Positions 35,263-49,209 are shown, numbered from the stretch's first letter. The stretch is DNA of 64,000 bases from Vicugna vicugna (GCA_013265495.1 MU058418.1:1452917-1516916); one strand, 5' to 3'. The notes: generated by a model not told the origin, from the letters alone. A program made the numbers and translations.

Positions 35263-36299
35263 CTGAATTAGAGACAGGGTGGTTCAATGATTATTCAGAG
35301 CCTTAGTTACAGGGAACTGAGCCCTTATGAAGTCACAGTTATCAGAAATCTTCCTTTGCTGACAAGCCCTAGTGCCAGTCTTCTCTGAGTTAAGTGAGAT
35401 CCTTTTTGGTGTTCTCAAATTTAACTTCTTCAGTGAAAGTGAAACATGAAAGCCGCTGGGCTCCTTCCCTAGAAGCAGTTTTAGGAAAGCAAGTCATCAT
35501 CTCCCTTTGACATGCGGTCACCTGCAAAAGCGTTGCTGATACCATGCCCGCGAGCTACGTGTAGAAGTTCTCCAACATCTGGCAGCTGAGCTGCTACTGG
35601 CTTTTTTAAGCACAAGTAAAACCAAGCATTCAAATATTCCCAATTTAGTCTCTTAAGCATTATATTGGGTGCTTCTACCTTGGCCCACAGCTGCCAGCAA
35701 TTCAAAGCTCTTCCTTTACAAACATTTTTAGTTTTTTTAGTCTGTGCATTCTCTTCATTCTCGTTAGTGGTGAAGTCACACTGGTGGAATTTTTGTAGAG
35801 GCAGTCACTGTTGTGTCTTACCAGTGATAGGTGTCCAAAAGGTTTCACTGAGGCTGGGGTACTGGGGGAAAGCCACCAGGAAGCTGGAAGCCCTGTGTCC
35901 TTTTAACCCAGTTTAAAGAGCTGATTCCTTTCTGTAGCCAGACCCTCATCTCAAGCAGCCAGTTTTAAGTGGTAGTAGTGCTGGCAGAGGGTTGGGTGGT
36001 GGTGTGGGGGGGGTGGTAGTAGGGATAGCAGACCCCACCTTCTTTCTCCTTCACAGCTGGGCAGGGTGAGAAGCTGGGTCAGGAGGAAGCGGAAGTCTGG
36101 AACAGATGGACCCCATCCCACCTTGTGAATCCCTTCATCCTCTGTTGATGCTGTCCAGGACCTGGGGGCTCTTAGCCCACCCTCCCCCTCTACATTCTTT
36201 GTCCTGTCGTGCTCTAGGTTAGTGCCACCTTCTGCAAGGAATGTGTGGAGTAAGAGAATATCAGCACTAGAAGGGGCTTCAGAGACTGCCTTGGCCCAC

Positions 36300-36650
36300 T
36301 TCCTGATTTGATACTGGGGTAGAATGGAGTCCACGGCAGAGAGATGACTTGTCTTGGGTCACATCACTAGTTAGTGGCCTAGCTTTAGATACTGACCCCA
36401 GCATGTTTGGTACAGAAATAGATGATAATGAATTCTTATCTAGTGTTTACTATGTGCAAGGCACTGTTGGAAGATATATATGGTGTGTGTGTATGTGTGT
36501 ACACACACAGATATATAATCTTTCTCATTTTATGCATGAGGAATACAAGGCACAAAGAGGTTAAGTAACTTGCCCAAAGTCACAGCTAGTAAGAGGCAGA
36601 GTCAGAATTTGAACTCAGGCAGTCTGGCTCTGCTCTGGACCACTGCACTA
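36300..36650 (-). mobile_element. MIR SINE copies
   Basis: gacttgtcttgggtcacatcactagttagtggc; aggttaagtaacttgcccaaagtcacagctagtaagaggcagagtcagaatttgaactcaggcagtctggctc. Confidence 0.85.
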
Positions 36651-36759
36651 TCCTGACATACCAGTGCCCTGTCTTTATTCACTTCTGGTCCAGACAAGGG
36701 ATCTCTAATAAATTCCTTAGCCAAAGGATTCCTGGCTTACTCTCTTACCCCTGGAGGAG

Positions 36760-37170
36760 CATTTCTCGAAACATGATAGCAACAGGTGCCAAACCAAGCA
36801 ACCACAACTAAAACAAAACAAAAATAATTTCCATGGTCAAGTAAATTTGCAATGTTATATTAAACCAGGTTAAACAGATTTTTTTTTTTTACTATGAGAC
36901 TTCTCATAGTAGCCTTTAATATGCTACTGGACATTGTGAATTCTCTAAGTGGATCTAAAAGCTTTTCCTAAATGTTTTGGACCACATTTTTTGATGCAAT
37001 AATGTCATCACATCCTCTAGATTGGGAAACTCAATCGAATGAAAAAGGCAAACTGTGTCTATTATTGTTATGAAAATAGTTTTGAACTAAAAGATCCTCT
37101 AAAATGGAAAATAGTTTTGACTCAAAGACACTCCTCAGGGGTCCCTGGAACACATTTTGAGAAATACTGT
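36760..37170. mobile_element. hAT-Charlie remnants (Charlie4z-like plus a MER119-like end)
   Basis: gcctttaatatgctactggacattgtgaattctc is the reverse of the 6650 element; gaaaatagttttga (twice)...caggggtccctggaacacattttgagaaatactg. Confidence 0.55.
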
Positions 37171-40100
37171 CCCAGTAAATCATATATTAAAAAAAAGTCT
37201 TGAAGCATATTATCATGGGGCTACATATCATCTTGCCCTTGCAAAGGACAATAGAGAAAAGCAAATGAAAGAATATGGATGTGTGTTTTAAGAATTGATA
37301 TCTCATTCTGCTAACTCCTCATTTTCCCTTTTTGTTGATTTTCTCTTTTCTCCTTTCTTCTCTCTATATAAAATTCCCTTCTAGTAAGTCAGCATTCTTG
37401 TTGACGGAGACTTACTTAAGTATAAGTAAAGTGTCATTTTAGGGGATCCCCTGACCCTTCACCATATCCCCTCAATTCTCCCTGACTGGCACCCTGTAGG
37501 TCCACCTGAAATTTCTATCATTAGCATTTTGTTTATTTGGATAAGGCCTTGTCTTTCTAGAAACAGCCTCAAGTTAAGATACAATTTCGATATGGTGGGA
37601 GGTGTGGCATAGGCTACAGCACCTCAGCGTGTGCATTCAGATTCAGGAGCCTGTCCAGTACGAGAATCCTGGGGGACGGGGACTCCAGATGAGGAAGCAC
37701 TGCAATGGCTACCTGCATGGGACCCTAGAAAGTGAGGTGCCCTGGGGAGAAGTAGCCACTTTTTCCTTTTTAGCGAGAGCTCCAAAGATGCACTTTATTC
37801 ATCTAACAATTTTACCTAGGGTCTGCCCTTGATCGGAGGTCATTGCGTGTTTATTTATACTGGATCAGAGGTCTTTGAATCTGACCTCAACCTTCAGGAC
37901 AAAGCCAGTGTACTTGGGGTACTTCTGAATTTAATCTAAACCAGGTGGGAAAAATAAAATTAACATTCAGCTGAGTAGCCCAGGGTCCTTTTCTGTAACA
38001 CTGGCCAGTGCAACATAACATTGTCCTTTGCTCACCAGGCAGCTAAATCACAGGAGGACATCCTGGTCCCCACAGTCTGGGTTAGACAGAGAATCACCAA
38101 CTGAAGGGACACGAAGTGTCCTCTCCCTCCTGAGAACAGCATCACCTCCCACGTCTTCTTGTCTTTTCCATCCTCTCAGATTTTAGCGCTCCTGCCAGGG
38201 GACACTAACACTGAATCACCAGCTCTCTTGTACTTGCCACTGTCACACACCATACGCTTCACTTGAGCCCCAGGTGTGCGCCAGGTGAGCCCTTAGCTGT
38301 TTGCCTGGGGTGGGCTTGCGAGGTTAGTGGGCGTCTCATCAAAGCAAACCCATCCAACTAAGCATTTTACAAACAACACAACAGGTTTACTAGGAGTTTC
38401 CCACACATGTCAGTAACACATACTCGTTTTAGACATTTTAGAAAATACAGATGAAAAAATGGACAAGTCATCTGTAATCCTGTCATCCAGAGATAAGGAC
38501 AGCTTCAGATGTGACCTGCCTTCCTGTTTTCTTCCTAGCTCTTGCTTCCTACACAGATACAGACACATGTGGAAGGTTCTAGATGGGATTCATATGTGGC
38601 CAGAGTAGTGGCCCCTATTTCACCCTCCCTGCACCCAGCCCCTGTGTTGATTTGCCACAATGGTCTATACAGAGGAAGGGGCCAGGTTCTGTGTGTGGAT
38701 TCTTGGGCCTGGAGGGTAAACAGAGAGGACAGCATGGGTCCGGGCTCCCTTTCTGCCTCAGGGATGGATGGATCTGATGGAGGGTGGGATGCAGGGGAAG
38801 AGAGGAACCCACTGCACAGTGCTGGGTAGAATTCAGTGTGTCCACACAGTGAGGACTCTTGAGAAGTGCAGCTCTGTTCGGGCACGCGAAGGAAGGGAGG
38901 ATGTCCATTCTCCATAATGTATTGAAGCTGCTATGTTTTCTCTTGGGACACCCCTGTCATGAGTGGGGTCCTCTGGTGGGGGTACCACTCACTTAGCCAG
39001 CTGTCTGCACTCATAACTCATGGCTCTTCTGCTCACCATTGATGCGGCTTTGGTATTCCTTTGAGATTTCCTAATTAGACGTCTATATTTAGTCTCTTCT
39101 GCACTAGAACACGCACAGTAGTTAAATCTGAAATCCAAGACGTCATAAGCCAGCAGCCTACTGTTCCCTATAAAATGTGTGGGGAGATATCGTCATTGTT
39201 CACGGGCTGTGATGAGTCATCTCAGGTTCTCAACATCTCGCCATCACTCTTAATTCTTCAAGTTAATCAGGGAAAGAGCTGGGGAAAGTTGGGCTCTTCT
39301 GAGGCCAACACTGGCCAGCAAGAGCAATGCTCCTGTCTGCTGGCTCAGCCTCTCTCCAGGCAGCCCCTGTTGGCCCATTTCTTTATTTTGCAATTAGCTC
39401 TAGGAGACTCATGGGGAAACTTTTGCTTGGGCGTCTAGAATTTATATTTCAGAACTTCTTGCCCTCGTTAGAGCACCAGATTCTGTAAGGAGAGTTTGAA
39501 AACAATAGCTCTCAGTGCTCTTCCACCAATACTCTTGATAATCAATCGTCAGTAATTTCAACAGCTACAAACGTGGTCCTTCTAATACTCAGCCTTCCAG
39601 TTCCTCAACTTCCTCTCCTCCCACTGACCTTGCCCTTTATGATTTCTTGGCCACTCATGCCCATGGCTATGCCCTTGATGTTACCATTACCAGTTGTGCT
39701 CCCTCCATAATCTCAGTTTCAAACACCCTACTCTCCCATCACAGTTTCTCCTTCCATCTCAGTCTTCTGTTCTCTCCAATGCTTCTTCAACCTCATGGAG
39801 ATCCACAATCAATTGATCTACCACCTTTTCACTACCTCATCATCACCCACAAGCCCTCACTGCCCTCCTTGTCTGCTTTGATTTTCTGGTCCCTCATTGT
39901 CACATTGCCCATTAATGCACAATCAACCCCCTTTGACTCCTGTCTTCATTGTACCTTCTTGGCAAAACCATGACCCTGCCCACTGTGTCTGCATCTGCAC
40001 GGCTGGATGTGGCTACCTGGTGTTACTTTAAGTTCATCATAACAGCTGCACGTGGATCCTTGGTGCTGGCCTGGCACACCACTATTCTCCCTCTCTCCAA

Positions 40101-40320
40101 GACAAAGATTTCACATTTTCTCCTCCTTCCTCAAACCCCCAGTCTTCCTCCCCCATCCTCACGCTCAGCTGATGGCCTTGCCTCCTGATTCACTGAGATA
40201 ACAGAAAAATGAACTGACAAGTTCCACGTTTCCACCACCACACCCACCTGCCTACCCTCATCAATGCCAATCCACTCTGTCTTCCCTTCTAGTACAGGGA
40301 TGAATTTCCCAAGCTTCTGT

Positions 40321-40510
40321 CAGTGACACTCGATGTGTGGTCCTCAATCCTGACTAGCAGCATCAGCATCACCTAGGAGATTGTCAGAAGTACCAATTCT
40401 CCAGCCCCACTCCAGACCTGTTGAATCAGAATTTCTGAGATAGGGCCTGGGAATCTGTATTTCAGCTGGCTCTCCAAGGGATTCTTATGCATGAGGAAGT
40501 TTAAAGGGAG
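40321..40510. mobile_element. MER5A MITE nested in L2
   Basis: agcagcatcagcatcacctaggagattgtcagaa...ccccactccagacctgttgaatcagaa. Confidence 0.85.
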
Positions 40511-40779
40511 CTAGATCCCTTTCATTCCACCTACTCAGGGATATCTCTCCAGTGGTGAGCCCCCCTCTCTTTTGCATTATTGCATTTTTTCCTCTTTACT
40601 GGGTCATTTTCCATTCCATCATATAGACAAGCTGCAGACAAACACACAACCTCTTTTGATTCCAAATCTCATTTTAGCTACCACCCCATTTCTCTACTTC
40701 CCTCTATCTCTTGAAATCCCCTCAATCAGTCTTTTGTTCCCACCATCCCCAAAAACAGAGCTTGCTAAGGCCATTTTGG

Positions 40780-41140
40780 AAGAAATTGGCTTGATGGTCA
40801 TACAACTGTTTCCTCTTTCAGGAGACACAGCTAAATGGCATTCCAGAATTTCTTTGCACATAAATGAGCCCAAGTGACTAGTTCTTGGCATGGGAACGTG
40901 AACCTTCAGGCTGAGGCATTTGAATGTGGGTGTGCTTCAATAGGGACTGTCCCTTCCCTTTCCAAGGTGACCACAGAGGCCACACACTGAAGATGAAAGT
41001 TGAGTACCTGAAGCAACATGTGGAAAGCCATCTACCAAGCACTTGATGGGACTGTAACATGAGCGAGAAATAAGGCTTTTCTTGTGTTAAGTCATTGATT
41101 TGGGGGTTGTTTGTTACAGAAGTGAACCTGCCTAATAAAA
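40780..41140 (+). mobile_element. MLT1 (I/J-like) LTR nested in L2
   Basis: catgagcgagaaataaggcttttcttgtgttaagtcattgatttgggggttgtttgttacag. Confidence 0.7.
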
Positions 41141-41264
41141 CTGCCAGTGACCCCCAAATTTCTAAATCTGATAGTGAACACTCCATCATTATCACACGTG
41201 ACCAAATAGCTTTTGGCAAAGTTGATCAGTGGTTCCTTCTCAAGAAATTGTATTCACTTATTCT

Positions 41265-41343
41265 CTTCTTTTTTTCAAAAGAGAACCCACCTCCCCGTGC
41301 ACACTAAGCTTACACTTTACCACTGAGCTATACCCTACCCCTT
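41265..41343 (-). mobile_element. Short tRNA-derived camelid-type SINE variant
   Basis: Reverse complement reads GGGGTAGGGTATAGCTCAGTGGTAAAGTGTAAGCTTAGTGTGCACGGGGAGGTGGGTTCTCTTTTGAAAAAAAGAAG; TSD tattcac(t/a)tattct at 41251-41264 and 41344-41357. Confidence 0.8.
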
Positions 41344-43499
41344 TATTCACATATTCTTCAGGCCTCTTTTTTTTCCATTAAAAAAAAATCCTTAACTCAC
41401 TGTAATATCCTTGCTAATCCTCTCTTGTGTTAACTGCCCACAGTGCCCAGTCCTTGGATCTCTTCTCTGTTAGCACTCACCCCTCTGTTAATATCACCCT
41501 TGTGCTTGGCTTTAAATACCTTGTCTACTATAATGATTCCCATGTTTACATCTGTAGCCTGGACCCAAGACTTGCTTATCCACCTGCCAACAAGACATCT
41601 CTACTTGTCATCTACTAGACACCTCCTACTTAACATGTCCCCAACCAGACTCCTGATGCCCTTTGTCCTACTTCATCCATCATCTTCCCCTTCTTGATAA
41701 AACGTTAGCTCCACCCTCCCAGGGGCTTAAGCCAAAACAGTGGACCAGTCTGTGACTCTTATCTCTAACTTCTCACATCCCATTATTATCAGTTCCTACA
41801 GGTCTCACCCTAAAACTGTCCCTAGCCTCATCTCACCCTTGCACTGGTGCCATCTGAGTTCAAGCCCCTGCTCTCCTCTCTTGCTTACACCCTTGCACTA
41901 TTCTAATAGTCTCCCTGTTCACATTCTTTCCTGTCTCTCTGCTGTTCTCAATAGACTATCCAGGATGCTCTTTAGACACATAAATCAGATTATCTCACTT
42001 TTCTTTTCCAGTCTTGCCCCTGCCCCCAGTATTTTCCCAGATCACTTGGAATTAAAACCAAAGTCCTTGAAAGGACTCTCAGGCCCTGCATGAGCTGGCT
42101 CCCCATGACCTCTCTCACTTCATCTCTTCTGCCTCTCTCCTTGGTGGGCTCCACACCATAACACTCTCTTCTTTGCTGCTTCAAGTATATTCTTGCCTGG
42201 AATACAGTGTCATAGCCTACTCTTTCACTTCCTTCAGACTTCTGGTCAAGTTTGCATGAACAGCATGGCCTTCCCTGACAGAAGCTCATGCCCACTGCCC
42301 CTCCACTCACAATCCTCTTCCCACTCATCAGCATCTGGCACTAGACATTTACTTGCTGGTTTCTTTTATTATTTGCCTACTCCCACCAGCATGTAAGGAG
42401 AGTGGGGACTTTGTCTTGTTTATTCTTTGTCCCCAGAACCTAGAACAATGGTGGGCATACAGTTGGTGCTCAATAAACACTTGTAGTGTGGATGAAAGAA
42501 GGAACTGCAAAACAAGCCAGCTGTGGCCTCTTCGGCGCAGGGGAGGGAGCGAGTCCCACTGGCTGAGTTTTGCAGATGTGCTTCATTTCTGGTGAAGCCA
42601 GAGTCCTTTCTTGCTCTCCCAGGGAATTTTCTCTCAAGGGTCTTGTCTTCAGAGTCTCTGATGTACCCTCTTTTGGACCATCCTGGGATACCTGTATCCT
42701 CCTCCTAGGGTTGGCCTAGTGACACTTGGTGATATGTTTGTGAGTTTCCAGCACAAACCTTCGCTCATGAGGCTCTGAGATTCCATTTGACATGGGAAGA
42801 GGGCTGATTCCCTGATCTTCTCTCCTACCAGGAACACTGTGAGGTCTGACCAGGGGAGCAACAGACAGCACTGGGTCCTACTTTTGAAAATGTGCAGACA
42901 AGTCATCATGAAAACTCCAGAGGAGGGAGGCTTGAAGGCCCCTTCAGTCACTGATTCTTAAGGAGAGGTGAGTAAGGCTGGGCAGGTTGCTAGGAGGTGC
43001 TGCTTCCTGGTCCTCCCCACTCTCTGACACTATCTCTGGGAAAGGTTGTTGGAACCAGAAGACACATGGCTTTGTTGATGAAAAGACTGTTTATTCCTAG
43101 TACACTGGACACTTTGTTCAGGAATAGTTCATCCATTTGAAAATATTGCCCTTGAATGGTGCCAAGGTTGTCACCTGCTGGGGTTATCAGCAGAGTACGT
43201 GCCAGCTCTGCCTGGGGTATTTTAATAGGTGTATCACTTCTCTGCCAAAGTGACTAAAGAACATTGCAGAGTTAATTTGTATTCAGTGCGCTCCCCGCAT
43301 GCATTCTTAATATTCTGTTTTTGTTGGGACTTTTAAGAGAAAAAAGAGAAAGAAATGAATAAATAGGTTAGGATACAATGAACTGATTTAAAAAGGAATT
43401 TTAAGTGGTTCTGACTCATTTTGGAGTTCTCTGTACCCATTTGATAATAACAATATATTTTGCAAAGCATTGGATAGTTTTCAAAAAATGTTTATATTC

Positions 43500-43660
43500 T
43501 TTCTCCCCTTTGATGTTTAAATCTATCCTGTAAGGAAGAGTGGTGTGTCCCCTATTTTAGGTGAGAAAACTGAGGCTCAGGGATGTGTTGCATATGTCAG
43601 ACAAGGTCAAAGAATTAAACATGATGGAACAAGCATTGAGGCCCAAGTCTTTCAGTGCCT
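43500..43660 (-). mobile_element. MIR SINE
   Basis: ccctattttaggtgagaaaactgaggctcaggga. Confidence 0.7.
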
Positions 43661-46456
43661 AGGTCAGAGTGTGTCCACACCATGGCGCCAAGCTGGGCAG
43701 CGTAGGCAGGTCCATCAAGGGTAAGGAACCAGCTGGGTTTGGTCAGTGACCCTGGAAGTCTAGAAGTAAATGTGAGTGGAGAACAATTTTGTCCGTAGCT
43801 ATGGTCTTCTGTGTCAGCCAACACAGGATAATAAACACAGTTTCTCACCCTGAAGAGCATGTGGAGACCCTGCCTGCTGAGTGGATGATGAGCATCCACT
43901 TGGGTATAGCAGGGCCTCAGGGAGGCCAGCATCCTGTGTAGCAGCCCCATGGCATTGTGGGAAAATCTCCACCCCAGGCTTCAGGAGGCTGGAGTTCCAG
44001 TGCAAACTCCACAGTGCATAGGTCTGTTGTGTGACCTTGAGCAAACCCAGCATAAGACAGATTAGATCACATCGGCTCACTCCTGGGGTAGAGACAGCCA
44101 GCTTCCATGACAAGGTATCAATGGCTGGAGTAAAGAAAGAAAAAGCAGGCCCATCAAGTCTGTGGATGCCACATGGCTGGAAAGTATAGCTAATAATGAC
44201 AAAGGACAGATCAGATTTCTAGAAAATCTTGAGACTGGTTGAAATGTTGGGATGGAAGCTCTAAAGTCAATGGACAGAACTGTACTGTGGTTTCACAATA
44301 ATTGCAGCAGGAGCAGCATTTATTATTAATCTACATCATTCCTCCTCTTAGAAAGGATTTGGGAAAGTGAAAGGCACATGTTTAGACTGAAGAAGATTGA
44401 TGTGAGTTTTAGTTGACTAGAGGCTCAGTATGGCTGGGGATTGACAAAGAAGTCAGTGCAACCAGGGGCTCTCCCAACAGAGGCGTAGGGCCTAGAAGTT
44501 CTCATCTTGAGCTTGTGTGCACAGCTATGTGAACACTGGGCTCCACAGCAATGCTTTTGAAGAGGGTGGTTGACAAACTGGAGCCAGGTAAGTGGTGGGA
44601 AATCATGGTCCATGTCAGGGGTTCTGTGGCCTGTAAGGAAGAAGACTCACTGGGGTGACATGATGGTGATCGTCATGTAATCAATCAATCAGGAGGATGA
44701 GGAAGTGCATAATCTAGGTGGAGGGCCACAGGGCCGAAACTAGGCCAATGAATGGAAACTGGAGGGCTGTATAGTTTTAGATGTAAAAATGGGAGCAGGA
44801 GGCCTCGAGAAGCAGTGAATTCCTTCTCATCAGATGTGCAGCTGCCTGACCTCCTAATGGGGGTTCCCACACTGTGTGGGATTGCAGCTGAGACATCTCT
44901 TGACCAACGCCAGTGATCTAGGAAACGAGAGAACGCACATGGTGCAAACTCCACACGTTCTGTGACTGTAATGTCGCTGTGTTTGTGTGAGGAGCCGGGG
45001 AGGCGGCCCAGGCCTTCCTTTGTCAACACACACTTCCCACCATCCTAGGGAAAGCGTGGAAAGTATGTCTATAATCGCTTTTCACCGATCTGGAGTTGGG
45101 TCTCTAGGCCCTGCCCCTCTTTCTGAATGTGCCTGGAGACAAGAACGTTGCTTTGCCTAGACTTTTGAGTGTGTTTTAGTTCCATCTCACGACTGAGGAC
45201 ACTGAAGTACCAAAAACTTCAGGGTCAGGAAGAAATTCAGAGGCAGCTCCTGAAAGGGCTCACCCTTGAGTGGGAGTCTGTTCTAAGCAAATCAAGTGAG
45301 CTGCACGCTCTGTGAGCCTGGCTTTACTGGAGTATCTTTATTTTAAGGGATCTATAGAATTAAAGTTGAAGTTTTTCTCTTTTTCTTTTTCAAGTTGTGG
45401 GTTACCTAATAGATCAGCTGAACTAATGTGGAGAGCAGAAATTTGCCCTTCAAACAGAACTACTTAGGTGCCTGAGTAATGAGCTCTGCATCCGCGAATG
45501 CTGCTGACACAGTGAAGCTATTGGGCTGGAGAACACTGATGATGCCCAGAGCTTCAGGCCTGAAACCAGATAGGCTTCAGACTAGGGCACCTTCCTGAAG
45601 GGTATATTTGCATTTTGGCTGGAAAATATCTGTGACATACACACCTGTGCTGTGTGTTCTGTATAACCCACAGTTGGGTTTCATCTCGACTCCCTCCCCA
45701 CCTACCCCATCCCCCTTGCTCTAAGAATCACTACTGCCCTTGATCAAATCCACAGGGGGTCCTCCTAAGCCAGGTTTCTGTCAAAAGGCTTTGCCTTACC
45801 CTTGACCTGGGGTGAATCCTATCTACAAATTGGGCTGGATTAAGCCAAGATCATCCACTGAAGAATGGTGTTAGGCCTAGCTGGTCAGGTGGTCAGTGAC
45901 TGGGTGGAGCTGGACATGAAGTAGAAACAGAGTTGAAGCAGCCATTTTCTGATGGCTTTCAGTCAAACAGAAATTTCCCATTCAGTTCTAAGGGCGATGA
46001 GAATCCTGATATGGATGTGGGTGCCTGGTGCCTCCCTCCTTCCGCTGAGCAACTGTGATCTTCTTGGGATGTGATTGCTAAGAGTGAGTTTGTAGTTCCA
46101 CCACAATGAGAACCGGGATGCTCTTGGAATTGATTAGACTCTTTGGCACTAAAAGTAATAGATGGTTTTAAGTGCAAAATGACAGGCACGAGCAGGGGTT
46201 GACTTGCATAGCATTTGAGACATGCTGTTCTTTCAATCTTTTTGAAAAGAGGTACAACACATGGGTTGTTTTAGTGACTATTTTCACAGGTCCCCCAAAA
46301 GCTTCCTTTTAGCTTTTGTACATGATAGGCATGCTTATAGGGTTGATGCTTATTATTTCGAATCAAGGACTAACACCTTATTCTTGTTACTACTTTTGTA
46401 AAACACTAAAACTCATTCTGAAATTAATGATCTTTCATAATTTTTAAGACAATGGT

Positions 46457-46890
46457 GTATCAGCAAGGAATTGCATTTGGCTGTGAGTGACAGTGATCTG
46501 AAAAGCAGACATAACAAATTCGATGTTAAGTTAAATAGAAGTTTTGGGACAGCACCCAGAGCTTGGTATGATGGCTCCACAATGCCGTGAGGCACCCACA
46601 TTCCTTCCATCTGCCATCTTTAGCATGTGGTTTCCGTCCTTGTAGTCATCAGATGACTGCTGGAACGCTAGCCATCAGGTCCACATTGCAAGTGGAGAAA
46701 GGGAAAAGTCCAAGAGCAAAATACAGATCCCAGTTAGTTGGGTCCCACCCCAAAGTTTCTACTTACGTCTCATTGGCTAGATTTAGTTCCATGGTCATCT
46801 GGCAAGGGAGACTGGAATATGAAAATATTGAGTCACACTCATTGCTGCCTCAGACAAAAGTAGAGTTCCTTTAGTAAGGAGAAGATGGGG
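46457..46890 (-). mobile_element. Old MaLR LTR (MLT1J-like)
   Basis: tgtatcagcaaggaattgcatttggctgtgagtgacag...agatgactgctggaacgctagccatc. Confidence 0.7.
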
Positions 46891-48552
46891 GCTGTCTAAT
46901 AGTTTGTACTCTATGTCTAAAGGAAAATTCTATAAGACATATTCTGTTGGCTTAATATTTTACAGTCAAAACCTATGATAACTTCATGTAAATTTTCCAT
47001 TAAGAAACCACATCACATTGTACAGTCTTTGATAGGATTTCCAGAGCTCTGGAAACCCACCCATTGAACTCTTAATCATCCCACCCAAACATCCTTTTGT
47101 CTGCCAGTGCCCTGGACCCAAAGCCATAGTTTACTCTTTATTACCCTTTATCCTTCATGTTCAACCAGTCACAAATTTTATCTGCCTCCTGTCCAGACCA
47201 TCTCTTAAGTCCATCTGTTCCTTTGCACCCTGACCATCAGCCCAACTGAGCATCCATTAAGTCAGGCTCTGTGCTAGGCTCTGCAATTAGATCATTAAGG
47301 CATTTGGTCTTATGACTTCAATCCTGGGTTATGTACCTGCACCAGTCTAAGAGCTGATATTCCTGAATCCACTTCCAGACCTGCCCCTCCTTTGTACACA
47401 CACAACCTTTGCTTAGACACTTCTTCCTCTCGCAGGGTTCCAACAAAGTCTGTGTTTCAGAGGCCTCTGCAGCCTCGTACTTAACAATACCCCTTGTGAC
47501 TGAGCTGTCCTAGCTGGCCATGTGGAGGAAGGGTGGACTCTAGAAAGATCCTTGTCCAGCCATTTCCTGGCAGGTTAACCTTGGGCAAATTCTCTGGCTC
47601 CAAGTGGTATATGGGCAATGGTGGTGGGTAGCAGGAAACACTTGAGTGGCTTTGTCAGAACCAGGAACAGTAAGAAAATCTGAAAGAACCTTCTGTTTTA
47701 AGAAGGTACTTGACGATCTCTGAATCAATTCTGAGAGGCTTTGATGACTCTTAAGAGGATTAAGCCAGAGGACTTCAGTGAAACTTGTGCTTTTGTTCCC
47801 GAGGTGGAAACCCTTGACAAGTGATGCACACAAACAATTCTTGGGTGGGACAAGAGCTTTCTAATGATCTGTTTGGAGCCCATCATACAATTCAACATCT
47901 CCTAAGAGCTTCAGAGTCTATAAACATTTTCAAAATATTTCACTTAACCTTCACAATCATTGAAATGCTTGGAAAAAACCCTCACATTTTAAGATGTCTC
48001 TAGCAGAAGCGTCAAACAGAATCTCAACAGCCATTTAAAAGGATGTAACCTCCAGACCTGTCACCCTTTTACTCTCCCTCATTTATATGACTTTTTAGAG
48101 CTATTGTCTGGAAAGAGGCAAAGCAGGTATCATTAGCTCCATCTGCAGCTGTGGAAATTGAGAGAGTACTGAAGTGACTTTTTCAGAATCATAGCAGTAA
48201 AGAATAGTTAGGAAGCTAAGTCTGATCATCTGACTCTTGTCCTGTTGAGGAGATAGAAAAAAGGAAAATGGTGACAATGAGGGACTAGAAACCACCTCAT
48301 CCATCTGCTACTCCTACCCTCAACTCTTGCTAAGACTTCAGAGTGAGAAGAAGAGAACACACAAGGAGGGACATGCCAGGGATGAAGAGCTGAGTGTGTG
48401 TGATGGAGAGGACGGTGTAAAGCAGGTAGCAGTGTGAAGAGAGTGGGGTCACAGTCCCAGAAGTAGGATCATGGAAATGACCTTGGAAGATATGATCTCC
48501 CAAGTACGTTCAGATGATATGGATTTAGAGACTGGATTTGGCTAGGGGCCAT

Positions 48553-49100
48553 TTGTTCTTTTAGTTGTCCAGCATCTATTTCACTTTTCTCCTGGAAACC
48601 ACATCCTAACTTCCCTCTTGGGAACTACCACTAACACCATTCTCAATCCATGGATCTCTGGAGGAGCTGACTCTGCCCCTGGTCCAGGAATCAAGAACCT
48701 GACCTGGGCCTAAGCTAATCACTCTATCAAATTTCCTTAGGCAAAGTGATTGGTTTAGAAATGGGCAGTGATCCTGTTAGAGCCAACGAGATTTTTCCAG
48801 GTGTTCTGGGACAAAGACTCATTTTCTGCTGGGGTGTGGACCTGGAAGTATGTAGTTCTGGGAGTTTCTGATAGCCATCTTCTGGGCATGAGCATGTTTA
48901 AGAATGGCTTCAACATTTGATATTAAGTGGAGCAGAGAGATGGAGATAAGATTGAATCCTGATAAACTTCATTTGAAATCTGGCATACAGTGATCCTCCT
49001 AGGAGCCTGAAATTTTCAATTATGTGAGCCAATACAATTTTTTGTTTGTTTGTTTAACCCAATTTGAGTCATATCTTCTCTCAATGGCAGTTGAATGGAT
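48553..49100 (+). mobile_element. Old MaLR LTR (MLT1K-like)
   Basis: gacctgggcctaagctaatca...gtgattggtttagaaatgggca...tatgtgagccaataca. Confidence 0.7.
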
Positions 49101-49209
49101 CCAGTTTCAAAAAATAAGATTTTTAACTTTATGTAAGTAAAGTTTTGTCATATAGATTTCTTACAATGGAACTTCTGTTTTTATAGAATTGTATTGAGAA
49201 GGTTTGCAA

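Larger units (their letters stand above)
39510..42500 (+). mobile_element. Long L2 LINE remnant with nested MER5A, MLT1 and SINE
   Basis: Pyrimidine-rich L2 ORF2-like sequence ending ...cctagaacaatggtgggcatacagttggtgctcaataaacacttg. Confidence 0.85.
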
